A stretch of 64,000 bases of DNA from an uncultured Gemmatimonadaceae bacterium. Lineage in GTDB: Bacteria; Gemmatimonadota; Gemmatimonadetes; Gemmatimonadales; GWC2-71-9. Where the stretch lies: positions 6,236 to 70,235 of the forward strand of contig CAZYIV010000004.1 of NCBI GenBank assembly GCA_964647615.1, given 5' to 3'. Below, piece after piece: positions 33,224-41,657 of the stretch. Each line of letters begins with the position of its first letter. Positions within the stretch are counted from its first letter, which is position 1. The position numbers and the translations under genes are program-made. Under the pieces are notes generated by a model. The model made no database searches. It worked only from the letters and a program-made list of their open reading frames with translations, and had not been told where the DNA came from.

Positions 33224-33256
33224 GCGCCCCCCGCCAGGCACGCTGGCGGGGGGCGC
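33224..33256. terminator. Bidirectional terminator-like hairpin between convergent genes
   Basis: Perfect 14-bp stem GCGCCCCCCGCCAG/CTGGCGGGGGGCGC with a 5-nt loop. It lies between the pbpC stop (33209) and the lipoprotein stop (33275). No T-tract. Confidence 0.5.
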
Positions 33257-33274
33257 GGTGCATTCGGCGGGGGG

Positions 33275-33742
33275 TTACTTGACCTCGAACTCCGCCGGCT
33301 GGGCCGCGACGCCGTTGAGCGACACGGTCACTCGGTACTTCCCGGCCGGCCAGGGCGACGCCTTGGCGATCTGGAAGGCGGTATAGTCCGAGCCGCCGCC
33401 GTTGGTGGTGATCGTCTGGGAGGACTCGTTCACCTTCACGGTGCTGCCGTCCGCCTTGACGAACTCCCAGATGGCGCCGATGGTCGCGTTCTCGCCCTTG
33501 CCGGTGGTCGTCACCGAGGCGTAGATCGTGTCCCGGGTGCCGAGGGTGGTCATCGGCGTCATGACCATGTTCATCCTGTCCACCTTGTTGCCGATGGTGA
33601 TCGCGCTGACCGCAAGCGGCGCGGGTGCCGGGGCGGGGGTGGCGGTTTCCGCCGGGGGCGGCGGGGGTTCCTTCTTCTTGCAGCCGGTCACGGCGCCCAG
33701 GGCCAGGCCGAGGGCGAGCAGGGTGCGGAAGCGGTGGGTCAT
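33275..33742 (-). CDS. Hypothetical lipoprotein
   Basis: 155 aa. Lipobox LGAVTGC followed by a KKKEPPPPP linker. Confidence 0.7.
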   Translation of the reverse strand: MTHRFRTLLALGLALGAVTGCKKKEPPPPPAETATPAPAPAPLAVSAITIGNKVDRMNMVMTPMTTLGTRDTIYASVTTTGKGENATIGAIWEFVKADGSTVKVNESSQTITTNGGGSDYTAFQIAKASPWPAGKYRVTVSLNGVAAQPAEFEVK

Positions 33743-33758
33743 GGGGAGCCCTCCTGGC

Positions 33759-33992
33759 TCAGGCGTCGGGGATCTTGATGACCTGGCCGGGGAAGATCAG
33801 GTCCGGGTTCTTGATGATGTCCTTGTTGGCTTCGTGGATCTTCCGCCACTGCTTCGCGTCGCCGTAGAACTTCTTGGCGATCTTCGAGAGGCTGTCACCC
33901 TTGGCGATGGTGTAGGTGCGGCCGCCCTTGGCGTCGGCGGTGGATGAGCTGCCACCGGTCACGTCGGAGAAATCGGGATCATCGGAAGTCAT
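33759..33992 (-). CDS. LysM domain-containing small protein
   Basis: 77 aa. YTIAKGDSLSKIAKKFYGDAKQWRKIHEANKDIIKNPDLIFPGQVIKIP is a canonical LysM fold sequence. Confidence 0.85.
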   Translation of the reverse strand: MTSDDPDFSDVTGGSSSTADAKGGRTYTIAKGDSLSKIAKKFYGDAKQWRKIHEANKDIIKNPDLIFPGQVIKIPDA

Positions 33993-34073
33993 GGCGCCCT
34001 CCAGGGAGATGGGCCGGGAGCCGGCCTCCTGCCGGGTCCGGAAACCGGGGGGAGTCTAGTCCGGGCGACCCCC

Positions 34074-34108
34074 TTGCGCCAGAAGTTGCATACTGCATAT
34101 TTATCCCG
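34074..34108 (+). promoter_or_regulatory. Candidate arg operon promoter with ArgR-operator-like AT-rich element
   Basis: TTGCGC (34074-34079), about 17-18 nt, then ATATTTA (34097-34103). Tandem TGCATA-C-TGCATA (34087-34099) lies in the spacer. This is the only AT-rich island in the region and ends 5 nt before the argG ATG. Confidence 0.3.
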
Positions 34109-35290
34109 ATGAAGACCTGCATCCTCGCCTTCTCCGGCGGGCTGGACACTTCCTTCTGCGTGCCGCACCTCGCGGAGCAGGGCTGGGCCGTCCACACCGC
34201 CTACGTCAACACCGGCGGCGCCACCCCGGCCGAGCTGGAGACCATCGCCCGGCAGGCGGCCGCCGTCGGCGCGGTGCAGCACCACGCCGTGGACGCCCGG
34301 CAGGCGGTCTACGATCGCTTCGTCCGCTACCTGATCCAGGGCAACATCCTCCGGGGCGACGTCTATCCCCTCTCCGTCGCGGCCGAGCGTACCCAGCAGG
34401 CGCTCTCCGCGGTGGAGGTGGCGCGGGCCGTCGGGGCCACCGCGGTGGCCCACGGCTCGACCGGTGCCGGCAACGACCAGGTGCGGTTCGACATCGCCCT
34501 CCGGGTGCTGGCGCCGGAGCTCGAGATCCTCACCCCCATCCGCGAGCTGGGCCTCAAGCGCGAGGAGGCGATCGCCTACCTGCAGGCCCGGAAGCTTCCG
34601 GTGCCGCCCAAGGCGGGGGCCTACTCCATCAACCGCGGCCTCTGGGGCACCACCTGGGGCGGGGGCTGGACCCATGACACCTGGGCCGGGCCGCCCGCCG
34701 AGCTGGTGGATCCGCCGGCCGGCGCGCCGGCGCCGCGGGAGATCGTCCTCGCCTGGCGCGCGGGGCTGCCGGTGTCGCTGGATGGCGCGGCGCTCGAGGG
34801 GCCGGAACTGATCCGCCAGCTGGGTGACCTGGGCGAGGCCTACGGCTTCGGCCGGAACATCCACGTGGGCGAGACCGCGCTCGGCATCAAGGGCCGGATC
34901 GGGTTCGAGGCCGGCGCGGCGCTGCTGCTGATCGCTGCCCACCGCGAGCTGGAAAAGCTGGTGCTCACCAAGTGGCAGGCGTTCTGGAAGGACCAGGTGG
35001 CGAAGTTCTACGGCGACCGGCTGCACGAGGGGCATTACTTCGACCCCGCGCTGCGCGACATCGAGGCGCTGCTCACCAGCAGCCAGGGGCGGGTGACCGG
35101 CGAGACCCGGGTGCGGCTCGCGCCCGGGCGGTTCCAGGTGGTCGGCACCCGGAGCCCGCACTCGATGATGGATCCGAGCGTCGCCACCTACGGGGAAGAG
35201 AACCGCCTGTGGACCGGCGAGGAGGCGCGCGCCTTCAGCCGGGTCTCCGCCATTCCCGAACTGCTCGCCGAACGGGCCGGCCGCCGCTAG
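34109..35290 (+). CDS. argG: Argininosuccinate synthase
   Basis: 393 aa from ATG 34109. ATP-binding motif LAFSGGLDTS; conserved ...GSTGAGNDQVRF... Confidence 0.95.
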   Translation: MKTCILAFSGGLDTSFCVPHLAEQGWAVHTAYVNTGGATPAELETIARQAAAVGAVQHHAVDARQAVYDRFVRYLIQGNILRGDVYPLSVAAERTQQALSAVEVARAVGATAVAHGSTGAGNDQVRFDIALRVLAPELEILTPIRELGLKREEAIAYLQARKLPVPPKAGAYSINRGLWGTTWGGGWTHDTWAGPPAELVDPPAGAPAPREIVLAWRAGLPVSLDGAALEGPELIRQLGDLGEAYGFGRNIHVGETALGIKGRIGFEAGAALLLIAAHRELEKLVLTKWQAFWKDQVAKFYGDRLHEGHYFDPALRDIEALLTSSQGRVTGETRVRLAPGRFQVVGTRSPHSMMDPSVATYGEENRLWTGEEARAFSRVSAIPELLAERAGRR

Positions 35291-35332
35291 CGCGGCCGGC
35301 ACCCTCCCGTCGCCGCCCCGGAGAACCCCTCC

Positions 35333-36412
35333 ATGGTCAAGACCACCCGCCTCCGGCTCGACAAGATCTCGTCGAGCACCCGGAACGCCCACCTCACCCC
35401 CGAGGTGATCCTCGGCGACGAGATCGTCGCCGCCGAGGGCTACGTGCTGGCCGTGCGCATCCTGCACGACAAGCCGAGCTACAACACCATCGAGGACCTG
35501 ACGGGGCGGATGGTCTCGCTCCGGGCCGGCGACGTGCTGGCCGGGACGTTGGGGCACCGGCGAGCACTGCGGGGCTACGCCGGCGTGGTGCCGTCGCACA
35601 TCGCGGTCGGCGACACCATCGACGTGCTCAACCTCGGCGGCATCCTGGGGCAGTGCACCTCCGCCAACCCGGAGAACGGGAAGCCGTTCCAGGCCGAGGT
35701 GCTGGGCGCCATCCTGACCTTTCCGGCGCTGGGCGACCGGATCGGCCACCCGGCGCACATCCGTGACCATGCCGTCCCGGTGGCGGAGCGGCTGGAGAGC
35801 CAGGTCCCGGTGGTGTACATCGCCGGCACCTGCATGAACGCCGGCAAGACGGTCGCGGCCACCGAGCTGGTCCGCGGCCTGGCGCGGTCCGGGCTCCGGG
35901 TGGCGGCGAGCAAGCTGACCGGCGTGTCCCTGATGCGCGACTCGCTCGCCATGCTCGACGCCGGCGCGATCGCGGCGCTCACCTTCAACGACATCGGCAT
36001 CGCCACCACCCGCGCGGGCCTCACCGTGCCGGCGGCGAAGGGGATCTTCAACCGCCTGGCGCAGAGCAAGCCGGACGTGATCGTGGCGGAGCTGGGCGAC
36101 GGCATCCTGGGCGAGTACGGGGTGCAGGACATCCTGCGCGACCCGGAACTCACCGGGGTGGGCGCGGCGTACGTGATGGCGGCGCCGGACCCCGTCGGCT
36201 GCTGGGGCTCGGTGACCCTCATGCGCGACATGTTCCACCTCCCGGTCACGGTGCTCACCGGCCCGGCGACCGACAACGAGGTGGGCCGCGACTACGTGCG
36301 GGCCGAGCTGCAGCTGCCGGCCCACAACGCCCTGCGCGACGCGCCGGCGCTGGTGGCCATTGTGCGCCAGGCGCTGGAGCAGCGGGCCCCCGCGTCACTG
36401 GCCGCGGTCTAG
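35333..36412 (+). CDS. Uncharacterised P-loop protein embedded in the arginine operon (BioD-like/DUF1611-like by motif, tentative)
   Basis: 359 aa. P-loop-like VVYIAGTCMNAGKTVAATELV followed by DVIVAELGDGILGEYG (Walker-B-like). There is a 42-nt gap (35291-35332) after argG and a 5-nt gap (36413-36417) before argC. Confidence 0.75.
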   Translation: MVKTTRLRLDKISSSTRNAHLTPEVILGDEIVAAEGYVLAVRILHDKPSYNTIEDLTGRMVSLRAGDVLAGTLGHRRALRGYAGVVPSHIAVGDTIDVLNLGGILGQCTSANPENGKPFQAEVLGAILTFPALGDRIGHPAHIRDHAVPVAERLESQVPVVYIAGTCMNAGKTVAATELVRGLARSGLRVAASKLTGVSLMRDSLAMLDAGAIAALTFNDIGIATTRAGLTVPAAKGIFNRLAQSKPDVIVAELGDGILGEYGVQDILRDPELTGVGAAYVMAAPDPVGCWGSVTLMRDMFHLPVTVLTGPATDNEVGRDYVRAELQLPAHNALRDAPALVAIVRQALEQRAPASLAAV

Positions 36413-36417
36413 CGCCG

Positions 36418-37464
36418 ATGGCCCTCCGTGTCGCGGTGATCGGGGCCGCCGGCTACGTCGGCGGCGAGCTGCTTCGACTGTTGCTGGACCATCCCGAGGT
36501 CGAGTCGCTCGTCGCCACCAGCCGGAGCCAGGCGGGGGCGCCGGTGGCCGCGGTGCATCCGCACCTCGCCGCGCTCACCGACGTGCGCTTCAGCGGCCTG
36601 GCCCCGGGCGAGGCGGCCCGCGATGCCGACGTGGTGTTCCTGGCGCTGGAGCATGGCGAGTCCTCCAAGGTGGCGGGCGAGATCCTCGAGGTGGGCCCCG
36701 GCCTGGTGGTGGACCTCGCCGCCGACTTCCGGGTGCAGGATTTCGACCTGTACGCCCGCTACTACGGCGCCCACCCGGCGCCGGACCTGGTGCCGCGCTT
36801 CACCTATGCCCTGGCCGACGTGCTGGGCGAGGCGCTGCATGGCCGTACCGCCCTAGCCGCGCCCGGCTGCTTCGCGACGGCAGCGGCGCTGGCGCTCTAT
36901 CCCTTCGGGCCGGTGGGGGGGGCGGCACTGCCCGCGCTGTTCGGGGTGACCGGCTCGAGCGGCAGCGGCGTGCACCCGAAGCCCACCACGCACCACCCGG
37001 CGCGGGCGCACAATCTCTTCGCCTACTCCGTGCTGGGCCACCGGCACGAGGCCGAGATCCTGGAGCGATGGCGCGCCTGGACCGGTGCGCCGGCGGCGCG
37101 GGCGCGGCTCATGACCCACTCCGGCCCGTTCGTGCGTGGCATCCACCTGACGCTGCACCTGGACCTGGCTCCCGCGCTGGCGGCGCACGGCGCCGTGGAC
37201 GCGAAGGCGCTCTTCCGCGCCGCGTACGCCGACCGTCCCTTCGTGCGGCTGGTGGACCAGGCGCCGGAGCTCACCCACGTGATCGGGACCAACTACGCCC
37301 ACATCCACGCCGCGCAGTCGGCGGACGGCCGCGAGGCCCAGGTGATGGTCGTGGTGGACAACCTGGTGAAGGGCGCCGGTGGCCAGGCGATCCAGGCGAT
37401 GAACCTGGCGCTCGGCCTGCCGGAGACGACCGGCCTCCGCTTCGGGGGGCTCTTCCCGTGCTGA
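36418..37464 (+). CDS. argC: N-acetyl-gamma-glutamyl-phosphate reductase
   Basis: 348 aa. NAD-binding VAVIGAAGYVGGELLRLL; active-site APGCFATAA. Confidence 0.95.
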   Translation: MALRVAVIGAAGYVGGELLRLLLDHPEVESLVATSRSQAGAPVAAVHPHLAALTDVRFSGLAPGEAARDADVVFLALEHGESSKVAGEILEVGPGLVVDLAADFRVQDFDLYARYYGAHPAPDLVPRFTYALADVLGEALHGRTALAAPGCFATAAALALYPFGPVGGAALPALFGVTGSSGSGVHPKPTTHHPARAHNLFAYSVLGHRHEAEILERWRAWTGAPAARARLMTHSGPFVRGIHLTLHLDLAPALAAHGAVDAKALFRAAYADRPFVRLVDQAPELTHVIGTNYAHIHAAQSADGREAQVMVVVDNLVKGAGGQAIQAMNLALGLPETTGLRFGGLFPC

Positions 37465-38609
37465 ACGCCACCGCCGATGCACTGCTCCCGGTCTACGCCC
37501 AATTTCCGGTGCGGCCGGTCTCGGGCCGCGGCTGCTGGCTCACCGACGAGGCCGGGGACCGCTGGCTCGACGCCTATGGCGGGCACGCGGTCAGTGCCAC
37601 CGGGCACAGTCACCCCACGGTGGTGCAGGCCATCGCGGCTCAGGCGGAACAGCTGCTCTTCTATTCCACCGTGTTGCCGCACCCCACGCGCGAGCGGCTC
37701 GCGGCGCGGTTGGTCGCGCTCGCGCCGGCCCCGCTCCGCCGGGTCTTCTTCTGCAACACCGGCGCGGAGGCCAACGAGAACGCGCTGCACCTGGCGCGGA
37801 AGTTCACCGGCCGCCGGGCGCTGGTCTCGGTGACCGGCGGCTGGCACGGGCGGACGGTGGGGTGCCTGGCCGTCACCGACGGCGCCAGGTACGAGGACGG
37901 CGCCACCCGCGCCGGGATGCCGCTCTCCCGGAAGATCCCGTTCAATGAGGATGCCGGGCTGGAGCGGGCCATCAACCCCACGGTGGCCGCCGTGATCCTC
38001 GAGCCGGTGCAGGGGATGTCAGGGGCGCGCGCCGTGGACCGCGCCTGGCTCGTGCGGGTGCGCGAGCTCTGCACCGAGCATGGGGTGCAGCTCATCTTCG
38101 ATGAGGTGCAGTGCGGCGTGGGCCGGCTGGGGACCTTCACCGCCGCCGAGAGCTTCGGGGTGACACCGGACCTGCTGACGCTCGCCAAGGGGCTGGCATC
38201 GGGGCTCCCGATCGGCGCCGTGCTGGTCAGCGAGGCGATCGCGGCCACGGTGCACACCGGCGATCTGGGCAGCACCTTCGGCGGCGGGCCGGTGCCCTGC
38301 GCCGCGGCGCTCGCCACGCTCGACGTGATCGAATCCGAGGGGCTGCTCGCGAACGCGCGCGAGACCGGGGCGTACCTTGCCGCCCAGGCCGCCGCCCTGC
38401 CGGGCGTGCGCGGGATCGAGGGCCGCGGCCTGCTGCTCGGCCTCCGGCTCTCGGGGCCGGCCGGCGAGGTCCAGCGGGCGCTGTTCGGCCGGCGGATCCT
38501 CACCGGTACCGCGAGCGACCCCTCCATCCTGCGGCTCATCCCGCCGCTCACGTTCGGGCGCGCGGAGGCCGACCTGCTCCTCGCCGCCCTGAAGGAGGTG
38601 CTGGCGTGA
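37458..38609 (+). CDS. argD: Acetylornithine aminotransferase (class III PLP aminotransferase)
   Basis: 383 aa from GTG 37458 (7-nt overlap with argC). LIFDEVQCGVGRLG and PLP-lysine context LTLAKGLASG. Confidence 0.92.
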   Translation: MLNATADALLPVYAQFPVRPVSGRGCWLTDEAGDRWLDAYGGHAVSATGHSHPTVVQAIAAQAEQLLFYSTVLPHPTRERLAARLVALAPAPLRRVFFCNTGAEANENALHLARKFTGRRALVSVTGGWHGRTVGCLAVTDGARYEDGATRAGMPLSRKIPFNEDAGLERAINPTVAAVILEPVQGMSGARAVDRAWLVRVRELCTEHGVQLIFDEVQCGVGRLGTFTAAESFGVTPDLLTLAKGLASGLPIGAVLVSEAIAATVHTGDLGSTFGGGPVPCAAALATLDVIESEGLLANARETGAYLAAQAAALPGVRGIEGRGLLLGLRLSGPAGEVQRALFGRRILTGTASDPSILRLIPPLTFGRAEADLLLAALKEVLA

Positions 38610-39625
38610 CCAAGCGCGATTTCGTCACGGTCGAGGACTGGCCGGCGGAGGAGATTGACGGGCTGCTGGAGCTGGCGGGCCGCATCAAGCGGGGCGAGGT
38701 GACCGGCGGGCTCGAGCGGAAGCTCATGGCCATGGTGTTCATGGACCCGAGCATGCGCACCCGCACCAGCTTCGAGACCGCCATGTTCCTGCACGGCGGC
38801 CACGCGGTGGTGCTGGAGCCGGGCCGGAGCAGCTGGGCCCTCGAGACCGAGGAGGGCGCGGTGATGGATGGCACCACCGTCGAGCACCTCAAGGATGCCG
38901 CGCGGGTCCTGGGCCGCTACGCCGATGTCGTCGGCGTGCGCTCCTTTCCGCGGGGCTCCGACTGGGCCAGCGTCCGGGACGACCACATCATCCGCGACTT
39001 CGCCCGGTTCTGCGAGAAGCCCGTCATCAACCTGGAGAGCACCCGGCGCCATCCCTGCCAGCAGCTGGCCGACGCGCTCACCCTGCGGGAGAAGCTGGGC
39101 CGGCCCCAGGGGAAGCGGTTCGTGCTGCTGTGGGCCTGGCACCCCAAGGCGCTGCCGACGGCGGTGCCGGCCAGCGCGGCGCTGGCGGCGGCGCACGAGG
39201 GGATGGAGATCGTCATCGCGCGGCCCGACGGGTACGAGTTGGACCCGGAGGACACCGCGCTCATCCGCCACATCGCGCAGGAGCGGGGCGGCGAGTTCGT
39301 GCACATCATCAACGACCCGGACGAGGCCATGGTCGGGGCCGACGTGGTGTACGTGAAGTCCTGGGGCTCGGTGAAGCACTTCGGGCAGCCGGAGGCGGAG
39401 CTGCAGCTGCGCCAGGGGCTGCGCGACTGGCGGCTCACCGCTACCCGGCTGCGCTCCACCCGCGACGGCAGCGCCCAGGTGATGCACTGCCTCCCGGTGC
39501 GCCGCAACGTCGAGATCGACGACGCCGTCCTCGACGGCCCGACCTCCGCCGTCGTCGACGAGGCCGAGAACCGGCTCCACGTCCAGCGCGCGCTGCTGCT
39601 GGCCCTGCTCGGCGCGCGGGCCTGA
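38606..39625 (+). CDS. argF': N-acyl-L-ornithine carbamoyltransferase (ArgF' type, probably N-acetylornithine)
   Basis: 339 aa; GTG 38606 overlaps the argD stop. SMRTRTSFE (not STRTR), HPCQQLAD, HCLPVRRN and AENRLHVQ match my recollection of Xanthomonas/Bacteroides ArgF' rather than classical OTC. Confidence 0.88.
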   Translation: MTKRDFVTVEDWPAEEIDGLLELAGRIKRGEVTGGLERKLMAMVFMDPSMRTRTSFETAMFLHGGHAVVLEPGRSSWALETEEGAVMDGTTVEHLKDAARVLGRYADVVGVRSFPRGSDWASVRDDHIIRDFARFCEKPVINLESTRRHPCQQLADALTLREKLGRPQGKRFVLLWAWHPKALPTAVPASAALAAAHEGMEIVIARPDGYELDPEDTALIRHIAQERGGEFVHIINDPDEAMVGADVVYVKSWGSVKHFGQPEAELQLRQGLRDWRLTATRLRSTRDGSAQVMHCLPVRRNVEIDDAVLDGPTSAVVDEAENRLHVQRALLLALLGARA

Positions 39626-39667
39626 CCGCGCGCCCTTCCTTCATCTCCTTCCTCACGACGGGCAGCC

Positions 39668-40603
39668 ATGTCGATTGATACGTCCAAGGGCATCACCGGC
39701 CTCAAGGGGGCGCTGCGCTACGTGCGCGCCTACCGCGACCATGTCTTCGTGGTGAAGCTGGGCGGGGACGTCCTCGCCGACGACGAGGCGCTGGACCGGG
39801 TGGCCGGGCAGGTGGGCCTGCTCTCCTCGCTCAGCATCCGGATGGTGCTGGTCCACGGCGGTGGTCCCCAGGCCACGGCGCTCTCCCGCCGCCTGGGGCA
39901 CGAGCCCACGATCATCGCCGGCCGGCGGGTCACCGACGACACCGCGCTGGACGTGGCGAAGATGGTCTACGGCGGCACCCTGAACACCGACCTGCTGGCG
40001 TCGCTGCGCGCCCACCAGGTGCAGGCGGTGGGGCTCTCGGGCGTGGACGCCGACCTGATCACCGCGCGCCGGCGCCCGCCGGTCTCGGTGGTGGACGACG
40101 CCGGCGTCACCCGCACCGTGGACTACGGCCACGTGGGCGACGTGGACCGGGTGGACCCGCGGGTGCTGAGCACCCTGCTGGACAACCGGTTCGTGCCGGT
40201 GGTGGCGAGCCTGGCCGGCGACGGCGAGGGCAACGTGTACAACGTCAACGCCGACACGGTGGCCGAGTCGCTGGCGGTGGCGCTGCAGGCGCAGAAGCTG
40301 CTCTTCCTGACCGGTGCGCCGGGCGTGCTGCGCGACCGGAACGACCCCGCAACCCTCGTCACCTTCGCCGACCCGGATGACCTCGCCGCGCTGATGGCCA
40401 GCGGGGCGATCGCCGGCGGGATGCGGCCCAAGGTGGAGGCCTGCATCCGGGCCGCGACCGGCGGCGTGGAGCGCACCCACATCATCGACGGCCGGCTGCC
40501 GGACTCGCTCCTGCTGGAGGTGTTCACCGGCGCGGGCTGCGGAACCATGATCGTCGGCCGCAAGGAAAAGGCGACCTACCTTGGCGTGGACCTCGCGACC
40601 TGA
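39668..40603 (+). CDS. argB: Acetylglutamate kinase (kinase-only length)
   Basis: 311 aa. FVVKLGGDVL and LVHGGGPQ motifs; no C-terminal GNAT extension. Confidence 0.95.
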   Translation: MSIDTSKGITGLKGALRYVRAYRDHVFVVKLGGDVLADDEALDRVAGQVGLLSSLSIRMVLVHGGGPQATALSRRLGHEPTIIAGRRVTDDTALDVAKMVYGGTLNTDLLASLRAHQVQAVGLSGVDADLITARRRPPVSVVDDAGVTRTVDYGHVGDVDRVDPRVLSTLLDNRFVPVVASLAGDGEGNVYNVNADTVAESLAVALQAQKLLFLTGAPGVLRDRNDPATLVTFADPDDLAALMASGAIAGGMRPKVEACIRAATGGVERTHIIDGRLPDSLLLEVFTGAGCGTMIVGRKEKATYLGVDLAT

Positions 40604-41657
40604 GATCGCGCTGCTCCGCGACCTGGTCGCGATCCCCTCGGTGAGCGGCACCGAGGAAGGGATCGCGCGCTGGGTGGTGGAGTGGGCGGAGGCGGCGGGC
40701 CTCGCGGCCCGTCGCGACGACGCGGCGGTGAGCGTCGAGGTCCCGGGCCGCGCCCCGGGCCCGACGCTCGCGTTCGTCTCCCACCTCGACACCGTGCCCG
40801 CGGGCGAGGGGTGGACCCGGGCCCCGTTCGCTCCGACCCTCGAGGGCGACAAACTCTACGGCCGGGGCAGCGGGGACGCCAAGGCCTCGGTGGCCGCGAT
40901 GCTGATGGCCGCGCGCGACCTCGCCGAGGCCGGCGGCCCCCCGCGCGGCCGGCTGCTCGTCATCCTGGGCTACGAGGAAGAGACCAAGCACACCACCATG
41001 GGCACCGCGGTGGAGCGCCTCGGCCCGATCGACGCCGCGGTGGTCGGCGAGCCGACCAACCTGGAGCCGGCCATCGCGCAGCGCGGGCTGATGATGGCGG
41101 ACCTGGTGGCCCGCGGGGTGCAGCGCCATGCCGGGTACGCCGCGGACAACCCCGACTTCACCAACGCGATCGTCGAACTGAGCCGCAACGTGGCGCGGCT
41201 CCCCGAGCTCTTCCGCGACCGGGTGCACCCGATCCTCGGCGTGGCGACCGCCACGCCCACCATGCTGGAGGGCGGGGTGAGCCGGAACGTGACTCCGCCG
41301 GTGGCGCGGGCGGTGCTGGATGTCCGGAGCACCCCCAGCTGGACCCACGCCGAGCTGGCCGAGGCGCTGCGTGCGGCACTGGACGTGGAGGTGGTCATCA
41401 CCTCCGACCGGCTGGTGCCGTGCGAAACCCCGGCCGGGTCCCGGCTGCTGGCCCTGGCCCGGGCGGTCCGCCCCGAAGGGAAGCCGTTCGGTTCTCCCAC
41501 CTGCTCCGACTGGGTATTCTTGCGGGACAGGGATGCCATCAAGTGCGGGCCCGGCACCAGCCGCCGGTCCCATACCCCGGACGAACACGTGGACCTCCCC
41601 GAGGTCAGCGCCGCCCGGGACTTCTATCGCCTCCTCGCCCAGGCCTACCTCGCATGA
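40581..41657 (+). CDS. argE: M20-family metallohydrolase, probable acetylornithine/acetylcitrulline deacetylase
   Basis: 358 aa from TTG 40581 (start uncertain). LVAIPSVSGTEEG and FVSHLDTVPAGEGW are M20 motifs. The symbol is assigned from operon context only. Confidence 0.75.
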   Translation: MAWTSRPEIALLRDLVAIPSVSGTEEGIARWVVEWAEAAGLAARRDDAAVSVEVPGRAPGPTLAFVSHLDTVPAGEGWTRAPFAPTLEGDKLYGRGSGDAKASVAAMLMAARDLAEAGGPPRGRLLVILGYEEETKHTTMGTAVERLGPIDAAVVGEPTNLEPAIAQRGLMMADLVARGVQRHAGYAADNPDFTNAIVELSRNVARLPELFRDRVHPILGVATATPTMLEGGVSRNVTPPVARAVLDVRSTPSWTHAELAEALRAALDVEVVITSDRLVPCETPAGSRLLALARAVRPEGKPFGSPTCSDWVFLRDRDAIKCGPGTSRRSHTPDEHVDLPEVSAARDFYRLLAQAYLA

